Assembly (NCBI GenBank): GCA_022605425.2
Contig: CM061248.1
Location: 310,001-374,000 of the forward strand
Source: Hamiltosporidium tvaerminnensis FI-OER-3-3
Lineage: Eukaryota > Fungi > Microsporidia
Reading direction: 5' to 3'
Length of the DNA: 64,000 nt
Positions 1 through 10,905 of the stretch are shown here, piece by piece (position 1 is the first letter of the stretch; each line of letters begins with the position of its first letter). The notes under the pieces are model-generated. The model was not told where the DNA came from. It did not search any database and saw only the letters and a program-made list of their open reading frames with translations. The position numbers and the translations under genes are program-made.

Positions 1-1510
1 ACTGACTTTCTTATTGATCGCTTCATGTATTGTTTGATTTTTCATTTTTATGTTGAAAAGATATCTATCTCTTCTTGCGAGAATAAAATTGGACATTGTA
101 ATGCGTCATAAGAGCGATAAGTTTCGAACACTCGCCAAACATTACCGTCTCTTCGAAAGAAAACTATATCTCGAACGTTAAATTCAGTTCCAATGATAAC
201 AATTACTACTTCATTAATTTTTTGATCGTTGTTTTTCTTTCGGGTTTGCCGGCTGGTGTTAGTCTGCTCTAATAAACCATAACTGTCAGCTGGCATTCGT
301 TCAATATTTGTCTTAAACAGAACGACTAGATAGTTGTGTGGATCAAATAAAATTTATAATGCAGCAATAATCTATCAATAAGTGTTAGTATTTATCCGAC
401 AACGTATATCCATTTCTTTATCACTGGTTCCCATAGAATAAATTTGAAGGAATTTATGATCTGAATTTAATATTGATAGTAATAATCCAGCTCAATGATA
501 TATTCGTCCTGGACTTTGTACGTAACAAATAATTTTAACGTATAATTAAAGTTGCACTCAAATGATGATATTTGAAAACTTAAAAATGCATAAATATATT
601 TGCCAAGAAATGTTTCGATTGTATTGTATCGCATGACAAATCAGTGGATGATGGTTCCGGTTAAGAATTTAATTCCGGTAATTTTACTTTTCACCTGCAC
701 AGCACATTCCTGGGTTTCGGTCAAAATTTCAGTGCAAAATTAAACGCACAAACATTTTAATTTTTCTAAAAAAGACATAACCATAAAGACCGTAATTATA
801 ATTAGCCTAATATTGAACGAAGAAAAATTTATTTTAGCGTATAATGTTCTTCTAATTCAAATGTTGCGTTCTCGATTGGTTCTCAGTCTTGCTTTTCGTC
901 GTTATTTTGTTTCATTAGAACGAGAGTGTGCAGTATATAATTGACCGAGAGCTGATCTTAATTTTCGAGACTCTTCTGTTTTATTAGAGCGGGGTTATGT
1001 ATTTAGTAATCAAGTTTTATCCAATTTTTGTTCCCTTTGTTCTTCTGTTTTAATTGAACGGACATGTGCAGATACTTTTAGAATGGCGCACAATCTTCGG
1101 TTTCATTTCTTTTTCCCCCAATTACTCACCGTGTCGGGTGCAGAATTGGCTTGGAGTATTCTCTGCTTATCGTAAGAGGCGACTAAAAGGAACTGGTCCT
1201 CTATGTTGGGGTTGGGCGTAGGGCTTAAAATCACCCTTTAAAACCACCTTATTACGAAACCCGAAAAGGTAAACAAATCCTATAAATAAAAGACCAACGG
1301 GTGGAATTACTGAGGGAGGCTAAGGCTCTTGTAGGACTTTAGTACCGAGGATAAATAAATAAAATAAAAGTTGTTTCTCAAGCCTATAACAACATTTTCT
1401 TTCTTTCTACCTTTATAGATCAAGAATGTTTTTCCGTTTTTTAGGCATAACTTCTTTAGTCACAACTTCCTATCTATTATTTTTAAAAAAAGTAGAAAAG
1501 GATAGATTGA
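1..1510 (-). mobile_element. Degenerate Helitron, 5' part of the Rep/helicase gene (runs off the window's left end)
   Basis: Minus-strand fragments match Helitron Rep-region motifs: PGMCCAG..KVKLPEL (~660-720) and NEVVIVIIGTEFNVRDIVFFRRDGNVWRVFETYRSYDALQCPILF (ORF 48-296). Probable ORF start MPKKRK at 1448; possible 5' TC terminus near 1510 (tentative). Many stops and frameshifts. Confidence 0.8.
1124..1369 (+). mobile_element. Non-autonomous RTE-derived SINE-like element with structured 5' head, inserted in the Helitron
   Basis: GC-rich island. Head with stems and TCGTAAGAGGCGACTAA; RTE-type 5'UTR motif GGGGTTGGGCGTAGGGCT (1208-1225); RTE-type 3' end GAGGGAGGCTAAGGCTC..GGACTTTAGTACC; (TAAA)n tail 1351-1369. 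Aligns with the element at 43890-44088. Confidence 0.65.
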
Positions 1511-1789
1511 AGGTAAAAACCAAATAAAAGCTATAAATAAAAATTATAAATACTAACACTCTTTTAATCGATAAGCACTTTAATAACACCTCTTTAAACT
1601 AGTAACACTTATTTTAATAGCATTCTTTAAATACTTCAATTCTGATTTAATCCTTTGCATACATCGCTATATATTAATATTATTTGGAATCACCTCCTTT
1701 TATTAGCGTCTTTAAAAGAAATCTAGTAATAAGCACTTTTCTCAATTTACCTAATTATAGAAACTATACCCCTTTATTTAAAAAAAATA

Positions 1790-1985
1790 TTTCCTTTTTT
1801 GAAAATATATTTTTTTTTGAACATATATTCCGTTTTTGAAAATATATTTTTTTTTGAACATATCATCCTTTTTTGAAAATATATTTTTTTTTGAACATAT
1901 ATTCCGTTTTTGAAAATATATTTTTTTTTGAACATATATTCCCTTTTTGAAAATATATTTTTTTTTGAAAATATCATCCCTTTTT
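1790..1985. repeat. Minisatellite, 37-bp period (18+19 sub-units), ~5 copies
   Basis: GAAAATATAT recurs at 1801, 1838, 1875, 1912, 1949. Confidence 0.95.
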
Positions 1986-2176
1986 TTTGTAAAAAAATTT
2001 CTTTATTTACTGTTTAAGACACACATAATATACATTTTTATCTATAAAAAACAATATTTTTCAGTTATCACATGATAATTTCCAAGGAACAAATTAAAAT
2101 GCATTTAAACAATATTATATAAAAATCTGACAAAAATAGAAAAATTATGATATAATCATCGAAAATTAATACAAAA

Positions 2177-3484
2177 ATGGAAATTGCAAAAATCTTGTTT
2201 GAAAAAAATATAAAAGGGAGTTTTTTTTCTAAAGATATGAAATATTCAAAGGTAAGGATATTTTATTTTCTGTGCATATTTTTTGCTATTTCAGTTGTTT
2301 CTTATGAAATAATATTCATGAAAAAATATATAAATGATCTTTCTAATTCAACTGAAATATTCCAGGAATCGAAAATTCTAACACAATTATATGATTCAGT
2401 AAAAGATATCGTAAAAATCGAACAAACAAATATAACAGAAAAATATATAGCGCGTTTATGGTTACAAATATACGAAATATTAACATGTTTAGTGATTTCA
2501 CTCATATTTATTTCAAAAAAAGCACGAAAAATTATATTTAAAAAGTTAAATGAAAGCAATACAACCGAAATATCATTTCTAACTTTGAAAAAATCTGAAA
2601 TATTGTATTTTACACTTTTCGTAATTCTCATTTTCATCTCTACAATTATTAAATACTTACTCTTTGGTTGTAGAATAGGATTCGATGCTTTTGATTTTCG
2701 ATCTCGAATCAAGCAAGATATACCAATAATTGTTATTATACCCTACTCTAGTTTGTTTTTAGCATCATTGTTTCTTAAATTCTGGAAAAGAAAATATCTT
2801 TACATTTTGATAATAGGATTGATTATATATACACCTATCGTTAGAAATTTTAAAAAAATGGGAGATCCTACAATCGCAGGATACGAGAGAATAGACCCAA
2901 CAACACTAGACATTCAAATACAAGAAGCAATAACCAAATGCGAATTAGGAAATGATATTTTTGTAAAGAAAACCGGTAGTTTTTTTACGAATGCTTTCTT
3001 TGCAATAAATTTCGTTACAAAACATATAATATTAGACGGTGGAATTTTTAAATACAAATATGCTATAGAAGGTATAATATCTCACGAACTTGGACATGCC
3101 ATGGAAGCACGATTCATCCTATTTGCAACTCTTACACTACAAATTCTCACCTTTGTTTCTATTTTGTTTATTATCGATTGTTTGGTTTCGAAATATTTTG
3201 TAGACGAAAATGTTTCTAGGGATTGTTCGAGTATAATCCTTTATCTTTTCTTTTTAAGCTATTTCAAAGTCTGTTCAAAACCTATGGATAATATTTTGTC
3301 ACAAATATTCGAATTCAGAGCAGATTCTTTTGCTAAATCGCTCTCTCAGCATATTCCTCTGGCTCATTCTCTTTTCTTTATCTCGTTTAACAAAGCGCCT
3401 TTTGTATCAAGCAAACTGTACAGTACTTTGCTTTACACACATCCAAGTACTTATGACAGACTAAAAAAATTAGATTTAAAATAA
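2177..3484 (+). CDS. STE24: M48 zinc metalloprotease, CAAX prenyl protease 1 (Ste24)-like
   Basis: 435 aa, multiple TM helices, NAFFA, HEXXH (SHELGH), EFRADSFA, THPSTYDRL. Confidence 0.85.
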   Translation: MEIAKILFEKNIKGSFFSKDMKYSKVRIFYFLCIFFAISVVSYEIIFMKKYINDLSNSTEIFQESKILTQLYDSVKDIVKIEQTNITEKYIARLWLQIYEILTCLVISLIFISKKARKIIFKKLNESNTTEISFLTLKKSEILYFTLFVILIFISTIIKYLLFGCRIGFDAFDFRSRIKQDIPIIVIIPYSSLFLASLFLKFWKRKYLYILIIGLIIYTPIVRNFKKMGDPTIAGYERIDPTTLDIQIQEAITKCELGNDIFVKKTGSFFTNAFFAINFVTKHIILDGGIFKYKYAIEGIISHELGHAMEARFILFATLTLQILTFVSILFIIDCLVSKYFVDENVSRDCSSIILYLFFLSYFKVCSKPMDNILSQIFEFRADSFAKSLSQHIPLAHSLFFISFNKAPFVSSKLYSTLLYTHPSTYDRLKKLDLK

Positions 3485-4887
3485 AAAAAATAAAGTTTTA
3501 CTCTTTCTATTTATAAAGTATTTATTTAAAATTATATTTTACAAAAAAAACTTGTATTTAAAAATTAAATTCTAACGGTTTCTTAAAGTTAAGTTATTTA
3601 TACGCACAGTTTTGGTAAGGAACAAAATTCTATCAAAAAAAATTGTAAAGAACTGATTTCCCTGGCTAGATCTGAATATAGAAGAAGCCTTCATAGTATT
3701 AATTTGAAAATCGAAGATATGATTTTGCAACATTTGAATTGTCTGAAAAGAAAAAGCGAAATTCAAACTCATAAAAATGCCATTCTAACAGTTGAGAATA
3801 ATAGGAAACCCATATCTTACGTATTTGAAAGCTTTTTACATGAAAAATTTAAACAGAATATTAATTCGTGAAAATTCAAAAAAAAACGTTAAACTGCAAA
3901 TTTCTATAACAAAATTTAAAATATAAAAATTCCTTCAAAGTTATACAATACAAGAAATTATAAGTTTTGCCGTAGATAAGCCATCTGCATGACACAAGAG
4001 AGCAACTATGAAATCATATAACGAAGCGGTTTTTTTTAAAAATAGAAAAGCATTTCGCAAAACAGAATGAAGATCTAAAAGATGAAAAAACGACAAAAAT
4101 CGGTGTCAAATGAAAACAAAATATGGAAATATATCCACGCATGACTGTATCAAGCACATTGGTAAATAAAATTCATCCATTTTCTTTATAAATATAATTT
4201 CAAGTCTTTAACACAATTAAGTGTCTCGTTATTCAAGAATCAGTAAAAATGATGGTCCGAAAAAAGGAGTAAGCGTTAAGTTAAAGTTTTAATTCTAAAT
4301 TCTAAGATATTTAGACGAATTTTTAATTTGGTTTATAGATTCGATGAGAGTACGTTAATATAGATATGAATTACTTCACTGAATAATTTTCCGATTTTTG
4401 AAAATAAATAACTCAAATAGTAATACTTTATCCAACATAAGAAGTCCACTTAATGAAAAGCACGTCCATATTTTTGTCCGTTGTAAATCTATGATAGTAT
4501 TGCAATTACACATAAAAAAATAATATTTGAGACACTATGAATACCAATAAGTACAGACACACAAATTTGGTCAGTATTGCACATAAATAGACCAAAAACA
4601 CTTCTTTTGACTGACATAGAGATATGAGTCAAGACAGAATATGATTTGAGCTATAAAAAAGTAGCACCGGATTTCATAAAAAAATCTAAAAGCACCAAGA
4701 ACTCATGGTTTTATAATATATTGTTATTAATATAAAAAAATATGAAAACCAACCAAATGCCAAATTTTCTAATCTTCAAAGTTACAAAAAACCAAAAACG
4801 ATGAACCAAAATATAAAAAAAAAATAAAAATAAACAGAGAAAGAATAAAATTAAGAAAAACTCAAATCATAAATAAAAAAGCTCAAC

Positions 4888-5666
4888 ATTTATTGTCGTA
4901 ATCCTAACCGTCTTTTTTGTTATAGAGATTTTTTTAAAAAAAATGATGAAAAAAATCATTAAAACTTTCTTATATTGTACAAATACATATCTTAAGGCTG
5001 TATTTTTCTGTTTATCTTCCTCTTCTGTTGTTCTTTACATTTTTCTTTAAATTTTCTTATTTGATTTTTATATTTGAACAACATTTTTTTAGAAGAAAAG
5101 AAGCAAAAAAAGTATGACATCAACTATAAAAGATAGTTTGCATCTATGATAATCATTTGAGCAAATATGTTGTGTATTTCAATTTATCTTTATATCTATG
5201 ATTTATTTTTCTTTAATTAGAATTTACGACCTTTTATTCCAAAGCAAAATTATTTATAAAAAATAAGACGAAAGAGCAAATAATTAGCTTTTTAAAAGTA
5301 GAAAATACCTAAGAAACATATAAAAAAAATATTTAAAAGTATAAGTGACGAAGAAAAGACATATGAAGCGTTTTAAGAAGAAAATATTTTTAACATTCTT
5401 GAAATTCACGATAAAAACATTGAGACAATGAAAAACAGTATTATTGATTTAAAAACGGTTTTTAACGGAAGAATTAAAAGAAATAATTTATTTATTGAAT
5501 TTATTTTATTTTTGCTTTTAAATTTTAAACTTTCTTTGAAACTTTTCTACTTCGAACATCTTGCAAGCAATTTGATTAAAAAGAAATAAATAATTTTTTT
5601 TTATCAAACCTCTATTTTAATGGTTCTCCTTCGATGAAAAAAAATCATTATAAATAAAAAAGATCG
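4888..5666 (+). repeat. Long inverted repeat, copy A (partner 62691-63563); contains a decayed membrane-protein-like reading frame
   Basis: Near-identical reverse complement of 62691-63563 with only scattered substitutions. Confidence 0.95.
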
Positions 5667-5856
5667 TTATAAATAAAAAAAATCATTATAAATAAATGGG
5701 ACCATTATAAATAAAGAAAATCCTTATAAATAAATGGGGCCGTTATAAATAAAAAAGATCGTTATAAATAAATGGGACTATTATAAATAAAGAAAATCAT
5801 TATAAATAAAAGAGATCGTTATAAATAAAAGAGACCGATATAAATAAATGGGACCG
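5648..5856. repeat. Minisatellite, 19-bp unit TTATAAATAAA+8 variable nt, 11 copies
   Basis: Units counted directly; tails alternate among variants such as AAAGATCG, TGGGACCA, GAAAATCA. Confidence 0.95.
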
Positions 5857-6084
5857 AAAGTATTACACAATAAATAAAATATATTTTTCATCTAAAATCT
5901 ATTTTCCCAATAAAAATACTTTTCTTTTCAAATCAACATTTCGATTTTAAATAATACTTTTAACTAAAAAAATATTTAATCTTTTATAGAAATATTTTAC
6001 ATTATTCTTTACTTAAAAATCACCTTTATGACCTAAAAATATGTACGAACCAACAAAATTGAAATCCTTAAAAAATAATTCTTA

Positions 6085-6345
6085 ATCTGTAAGAAATAAA
6101 AAATATTTGTTTGTCTGTAAGAAATAAGAATCTTAGAGAAGTAAAAAATAAGAATCTTAGAAAAAAAATAATTGAATAAAAATCTGTAGAAAATAAGAAC
6201 TCAGAGAAGTAAGAAATAAGAATCTTGAGAAAAAAAATATATTTAATAAAAATCTGAATAGAAAATCTTAGAGAAGTAAGAAAGAAAAATCTTAGAGAAG
6301 TAAGAAAAAAAAATAGAAATAAATTCTGTAAAAATTTTAAGAGAA
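6085..6345. repeat. Degenerate A-rich tandem repeats downstream of Hsp70
   Basis: Recurring AAGAAATAAGAATCTTAGAGAAGT / AAAATCTGTA variants. Confidence 0.7.
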
Positions 6346-6427
6346 ATAAAAGAAAATATATGTAAAATCACAAGAACAAACAAACTACAAAAATAAATAC
6401 AAATAAAAAAATTAGAAATTAAACTCT

Positions 6428-8518
6428 TTAATCAACCTCCTCAACACTTGGACCAGTCTTATCTGCTGCTTCAGCTCCACCCATATCCATATCAGGACCT
6501 GGCTGTCCTCCCATTCCCATACCTGCTCCTCCCATCATAGCCTGTACTTCTTGTAACTTAGCATCAAATGTCTCTTTACTAGCATTGTCATTTGCACTAA
6601 GCCAATCCTCATAAGACTGTACTTTCTTAAGCATCTCTGCTTTCACACTCTCATCCATCTTACCTTCCTTAACAACATTCTTCATACTGTAAATAGCATG
6701 TTCTAAGTTATTCTTAGAATTCATTCTTTCCTTAAATTCTTTGTCAGAATCGTTATACTTCTTAGCTTCTTCTACCATTTTACTTACTTCTTCTTCAGAA
6801 AGTCTTCCTTTCATATTTGTAATTGTAAGAGAATTTGTCATATTGGTACTCTTTTCTACTGCTGTTACTTTAAATATACCATTAGCATCTACTTCACAGG
6901 TTACTTCTATCTGAGGAACACCTCTTGGAGCTGCTGGTATATCTGTAAGACTAAAAGTTCCTAATAAATGGTTATCTTTAACACACGACCTTTCTCCTTC
7001 AAAAATACTAATAGTAACACCTGGTTGGTTATCAGAGTAAGTTGTAAAAACTTGAGAAGTTTTATATGGAATTGTAGTCTTTCGAGGAATCAAAGGAGTA
7101 GCAACACCACCTGCTGTTTCAATAGAGATCGTAAGAGGAACAGTGTCTAATAAAAGAATGGATTCTTCAGCTTTTAAGGCTACATCATCAGCCAGCATAA
7201 CTGCGTGGTAAGCAGCACCTAAGGCTACTGCCTCATCTGGATGAACAGAGAAACAAAGTTTGGATTCTCCAAAGAAATCTGCCAACATCTGTTTAACCTT
7301 AGGGACTCTAGAAGAACCACCAACTAAAATGACTTTTCCAATTTGTTGTTTCTGTTCTTCAATAACCTTTGCAGTATCGTGTTTGACTTCCAATACACCT
7401 GTCCTTTCATCATAAAGTGCAGTTCCCTTTCCTAAGCCATAAAGACATCCCTTGACTCTTTCCATACATCTGACAAATCCTGGATAACAAAGATCTTCAA
7501 ATTTAGAACGAGTAACATCAAGAGTAAAGCAAATTTCTTCATAGAAAAATTCTATATCAATGGTGGCAGTGGTAGAGGAAGAAAGGGCTCTCTTGGCTTT
7601 TTCACAAGCAGCTCTCAATCTTCTCTTAGATTTATCAGTAATTTTTTTAACATCGACATTTGGATGTTTTCTAGTAAAACAAGACATTGCATAATCGAAG
7701 AGAGCATTGTCAAAGTCTACACCTCCAAGGAAGGTGTCACCATCAGTTGCTAATACTTCTGCCACACCACTTTCATTCTCACTGGCTGCATCGAATCTAA
7801 GAACTGAGACATCAAATGTACCACCACCTAAGTCAAATACAAGCACTGTCTCTTCTCCTTTAGAAACTTTATCTCCTTTAGATCTTCCATAACCATAGGC
7901 CATGGCAGCAGCTGTTGGTTCATTTAAAAGTCTCAATTTAGTAAATCCTGCTATTTCTGCTGCTACTTTGGTTTTATCTCTTTGGTTGTTGTTGAAATGA
8001 GCTGGCACTGTGATAACACCTGTGGTAATTTCATGTCCTAATTTTGCTTTGGCTGCTTCTTTCATGTATGTTAAAATATAAGAAGAAATTTCAATTGGAT
8101 CGTAATAACGGATTTGGTCACCGATCTTCATTTTAATTCTGATATTATCAACAACTGATTTGTCTAAGACGGTGTCGATTTCCATTTTTTTTTCTTTATC
8201 GTATCTGACAACTGTAAAAGGCCAATTTTTAATTGCTTTGGCAATTTTTGGATCATCGAAACCACGACCGATAAGTCTTTTGCAATCGTAAATGACACGT
8301 GAGGCTTGTAAATTCAATTTGTATTGGGCTGCTGTACCGATAAGTCTTCTATCATCGTCATCGAAGGCAACGACACTTGGTGTAATACGGGCACCGTCTG
8401 GGTTGGGGAATACTTCTAACTCACCGTTGACATATCCTGCAACACATGAATATGTTGTACCCAAATCAATACCAACTGCTCCTGAAGTTCTGACTTTCTG
8501 TTCGTTTGGTCCTGACAT
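6428..8518 (-). CDS. HSP70: Cytosolic Hsp70 chaperone
   Basis: [44 protein letters not shown]-terminal GPSVEEVD. Confidence 0.98.
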   Translation of the reverse strand: MSGPNEQKVRTSGAVGIDLGTTYSCVAGYVNGELEVFPNPDGARITPSVVAFDDDDRRLIGTAAQYKLNLQASRVIYDCKRLIGRGFDDPKIAKAIKNWPFTVVRYDKEKKMEIDTVLDKSVVDNIRIKMKIGDQIRYYDPIEISSYILTYMKEAAKAKLGHEITTGVITVPAHFNNNQRDKTKVAAEIAGFTKLRLLNEPTAAAMAYGYGRSKGDKVSKGEETVLVFDLGGGTFDVSVLRFDAASENESGVAEVLATDGDTFLGGVDFDNALFDYAMSCFTRKHPNVDVKKITDKSKRRLRAACEKAKRALSSSTTATIDIEFFYEEICFTLDVTRSKFEDLCYPGFVRCMERVKGCLYGLGKGTALYDERTGVLEVKHDTAKVIEEQKQQIGKVILVGGSSRVPKVKQMLADFFGESKLCFSVHPDEAVALGAAYHAVMLADDVALKAEESILLLDTVPLTISIETAGGVATPLIPRKTTIPYKTSQVFTTYSDNQPGVTISIFEGERSCVKDNHLLGTFSLTDIPAAPRGVPQIEVTCEVDANGIFKVTAVEKSTNMTNSLTITNMKGRLSEEEVSKMVEEAKKYNDSDKEFKERMNSKNNLEHAIYSMKNVVKEGKMDESVKAEMLKKVQSYEDWLSANDNASKETFDAKLQEVQAMMGGAGMGMGGQPGPDMDMGGAEAADKTGPSVEEVD

Positions 8519-8528
8519 GGTTTATGCA

Positions 8529-8595
8529 AGGGAAAAATTTATTTATAGTTTTAAAATTTCTAGAAATTTTTTTTTTAAATTTTTTTTTTCTAGAA
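8529..8595 (-). promoter_or_regulatory. Hsp70 promoter: CCC motif and two heat-shock-element cores (TTCnnGAA)
   Basis: TTCTAGAA at 8558-8565 and 8588-8595, 30 bp apart; minus strand reads CCCTTGCATAAACC-ATG. Confidence 0.7.
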
Positions 8596-8638
8596 AAAAT
8601 AAAAAAAAAGCAGTTATTGATTAAAATAATATATGTGG

Positions 8639-8945
8639 TTAAAGGGGTGTTAATGACGTGAGTGTTTTATGTTAGTTAAAGGGGTTTTAAAAGTATGTTT
8701 TTTTTATATGTTTAAAGGGGTGTTAATGCTGTGAGTGTTTTATGTTATTTAAAGGGGTTTTAAAAGTATGTTTTCATTATATGTTTAAAGGGGTGTTAAT
8801 GCTATGGAATATTTTATGTTATTTAAAGGGGTTTTAAAAGTATGTTTTTGTTTTTATTACAAAGGGGTGTTAATGCAGTGTGTGTTTTATGTTATTTAAA
8901 GGGGTTTAAAAATTATGTTTTGTTTAATGTTTAAAGGGGTGTTAT
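8639..8945. repeat. Minisatellite, ~73-bp period (36/37 halves), in the divergent Hsp70/RRB1 intergenic region
   Basis: AAAGGGGTGTTA at 8641, 8714, 8787, 8861, 8933, alternating with AAAGGGGTTTTAAAA. Confidence 0.9.
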
Positions 8946-9158
8946 TTATTATAGATTTTAATTAGTTTTAAAGGTGTTAACGTTACAGTTAGAACCGTTT
9001 TTTTTATTAATAGATGTTTCTTTCAACGATATTCAAATATCTGGATTCCAAATAAAAAGCAACTGAAAGACACAAGCTTTCTACTTTTTTGAACACATTA
9101 TTTGAATAAAAATTTTACCAGAGACTTTTAAATACACAATAATAAGTAAAACCCCGAA

Positions 9159-10160
9159 ATGATTGAAGAAATAGATATTGAAAACAGTAACAGCTCAGAT
9201 TTTCAATCCTATATACCAAAAGAAACAACAAAAAATCTAGAAGTAGACGATTCAGCATACACACTTCTGGAATACATATCACTGGATTGGCCAGCACAAA
9301 GTTTCGATTTTATTTCTGATTATAAAATAGTAACCGGTACAAATCCTATAAACGACAATCCCAAGCTAATAACATTGGATTTTAAAAAATGTGATTTCGA
9401 TAAAAATCCAAATTTAAATAAAAATTTAAAAATTAAAGAACACCAAACGAACTATTCATTTAACAAAATACGGTACAATCTGTACACTGAATATGTACAG
9501 TGTATTTCTGATAATAATTTATGTTTTTATAATTCTAATATTAAATTAATTAAAGATATTTATATTGAACAGGGTATTAGTTATGGATTAACTAATACAG
9601 ATTCATTTACTGTAATTGGAAGTAAATGTGGAGAACTTTTATTTTATAACGATTTATTTCAAAATATAACAAATATTAAATTACATAATGGTTCTGTAGA
9701 ATCTATTGTGTGTACTGATGGATGTATTTATAGTGGTTCTACTGATAAGAAGGTGATCAGTTACGACTTTAAATCAAACAAACCAATTTTTGAATTAAAT
9801 TTTGATTCTGAAATAAATGCTTTAGATTTTTCTGCCAATACTTTGTGTGTAGGTGACGATTCGGGAATCATAAGATTGATTGATATTAGAAATACTAGGA
9901 ATATAGAAAGTATTACTTGGCACAATACACCCATCAGTTCAATTTCTTACGTTGAAAAGGATGTTTTTATCAGTGCTAGTGACGAACAGGTAGCTCTTTG
10001 GGATACTTCATTTGAGGAGGAATGGGAATATCATAAATATATTTATTTTGTTCACCAAGGAAATACATTTTATAAAGATGTTAGAGTATGTAGAGGAAAC
10101 AGTAACATAATATTTACTACAGCCTTAGAAGGAATTACATTATTTTCACCAATAAAGTAA
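9159..10160 (+). CDS. RRB1: Ribosome assembly WD40 protein Rrb1/GRWD1
   Basis: N-terminal SAYTLLEYISLDWPAQSFD motif, WD repeats (GDDSGIIRLIDIR, WHNTPISSI, EQVALWD), FVHQG; CCCC just before ATG. Confidence 0.85.
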   Translation: MIEEIDIENSNSSDFQSYIPKETTKNLEVDDSAYTLLEYISLDWPAQSFDFISDYKIVTGTNPINDNPKLITLDFKKCDFDKNPNLNKNLKIKEHQTNYSFNKIRYNLYTEYVQCISDNNLCFYNSNIKLIKDIYIEQGISYGLTNTDSFTVIGSKCGELLFYNDLFQNITNIKLHNGSVESIVCTDGCIYSGSTDKKVISYDFKSNKPIFELNFDSEINALDFSANTLCVGDDSGIIRLIDIRNTRNIESITWHNTPISSISYVEKDVFISASDEQVALWDTSFEEEWEYHKYIYFVHQGNTFYKDVRVCRGNSNIIFTTALEGITLFSPIK

Positions 10161-10467
10161 TATTCGACTTAATAGATTTCTTCTTTATATTTCTTTATAT
10201 TTTTTGAAAGTTTTTAATTTACTTATATTACCACAGTTGATTATCTTTCAAATTTCTCTTTCTATCATGATTAGTCGCTTATTAAATATTTTTTTCAATT
10301 TAAAGTTCAAATTTTTTTTATTCTAAATTTTTACTGTTTTTAAATATAAATATTTTCTAAAATGATTTATAAATCTCTGTGATATTAAATACTCTTATTT
10401 GTATCTACTGCTTACAATTATTTAATTGTAAGAAAATTATTAAATATTTTTTTATCACTTTTAGTGT

Positions 10468-10905
10468 TTAATTCAACACTTAGATTTTTCTCATGGTAAA
10501 GCAAAGACAATTTACATGGAATTATTTCTATTGTATTACATTAATTCAACACTTAGTTATTTCTTATGGTAAAGCAAAAACAATTTACATGGAATTATTT
10601 TTATTGTATTTCATTAATTCAACACTTAGTTATTTCTCATGGTAAAGCAAATACAATTTACATGGAATTATTTTTATTGTATTTCATTAATTCAACACTT
10701 AGTTATTTCTTATGGTAAAGCAAAAACAATTTACATGGAATTATTTTTATTGTATTTCATTAATTCAACACTTAGTTATTTCTTATGGTAAAGCAAAAAC
10801 AATTTACATGGAATTATTTTTATTGTATTTCATTAATTCAACACTTAGTTATTTCTTATGATAAAAGCAAAGACAATTCACATGGAATTATTTCTATTGT
10901 ATTAT
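10468..10905. repeat. Minisatellite, 73-bp unit, 6 near-identical copies
   Basis: TTAATTCAACACTTAG at 10468, 10541, 10614, 10687, 10760, 10833; no spacers. Confidence 0.97.

Noticed and set aside
1774-1977. 67-aa repetitive ORF
   Set aside because: Translation of the 37-bp minisatellite.
5648-5856. Repeat-spacer (CRISPR-like) pattern
   Set aside because: The variable part is only 8 nt and recurs among a few variants.
10468-10905. CRISPR-like array
   Set aside because: Units are head-to-tail with no unique spacers, the context is eukaryotic and there are no cas genes; it is a minisatellite.
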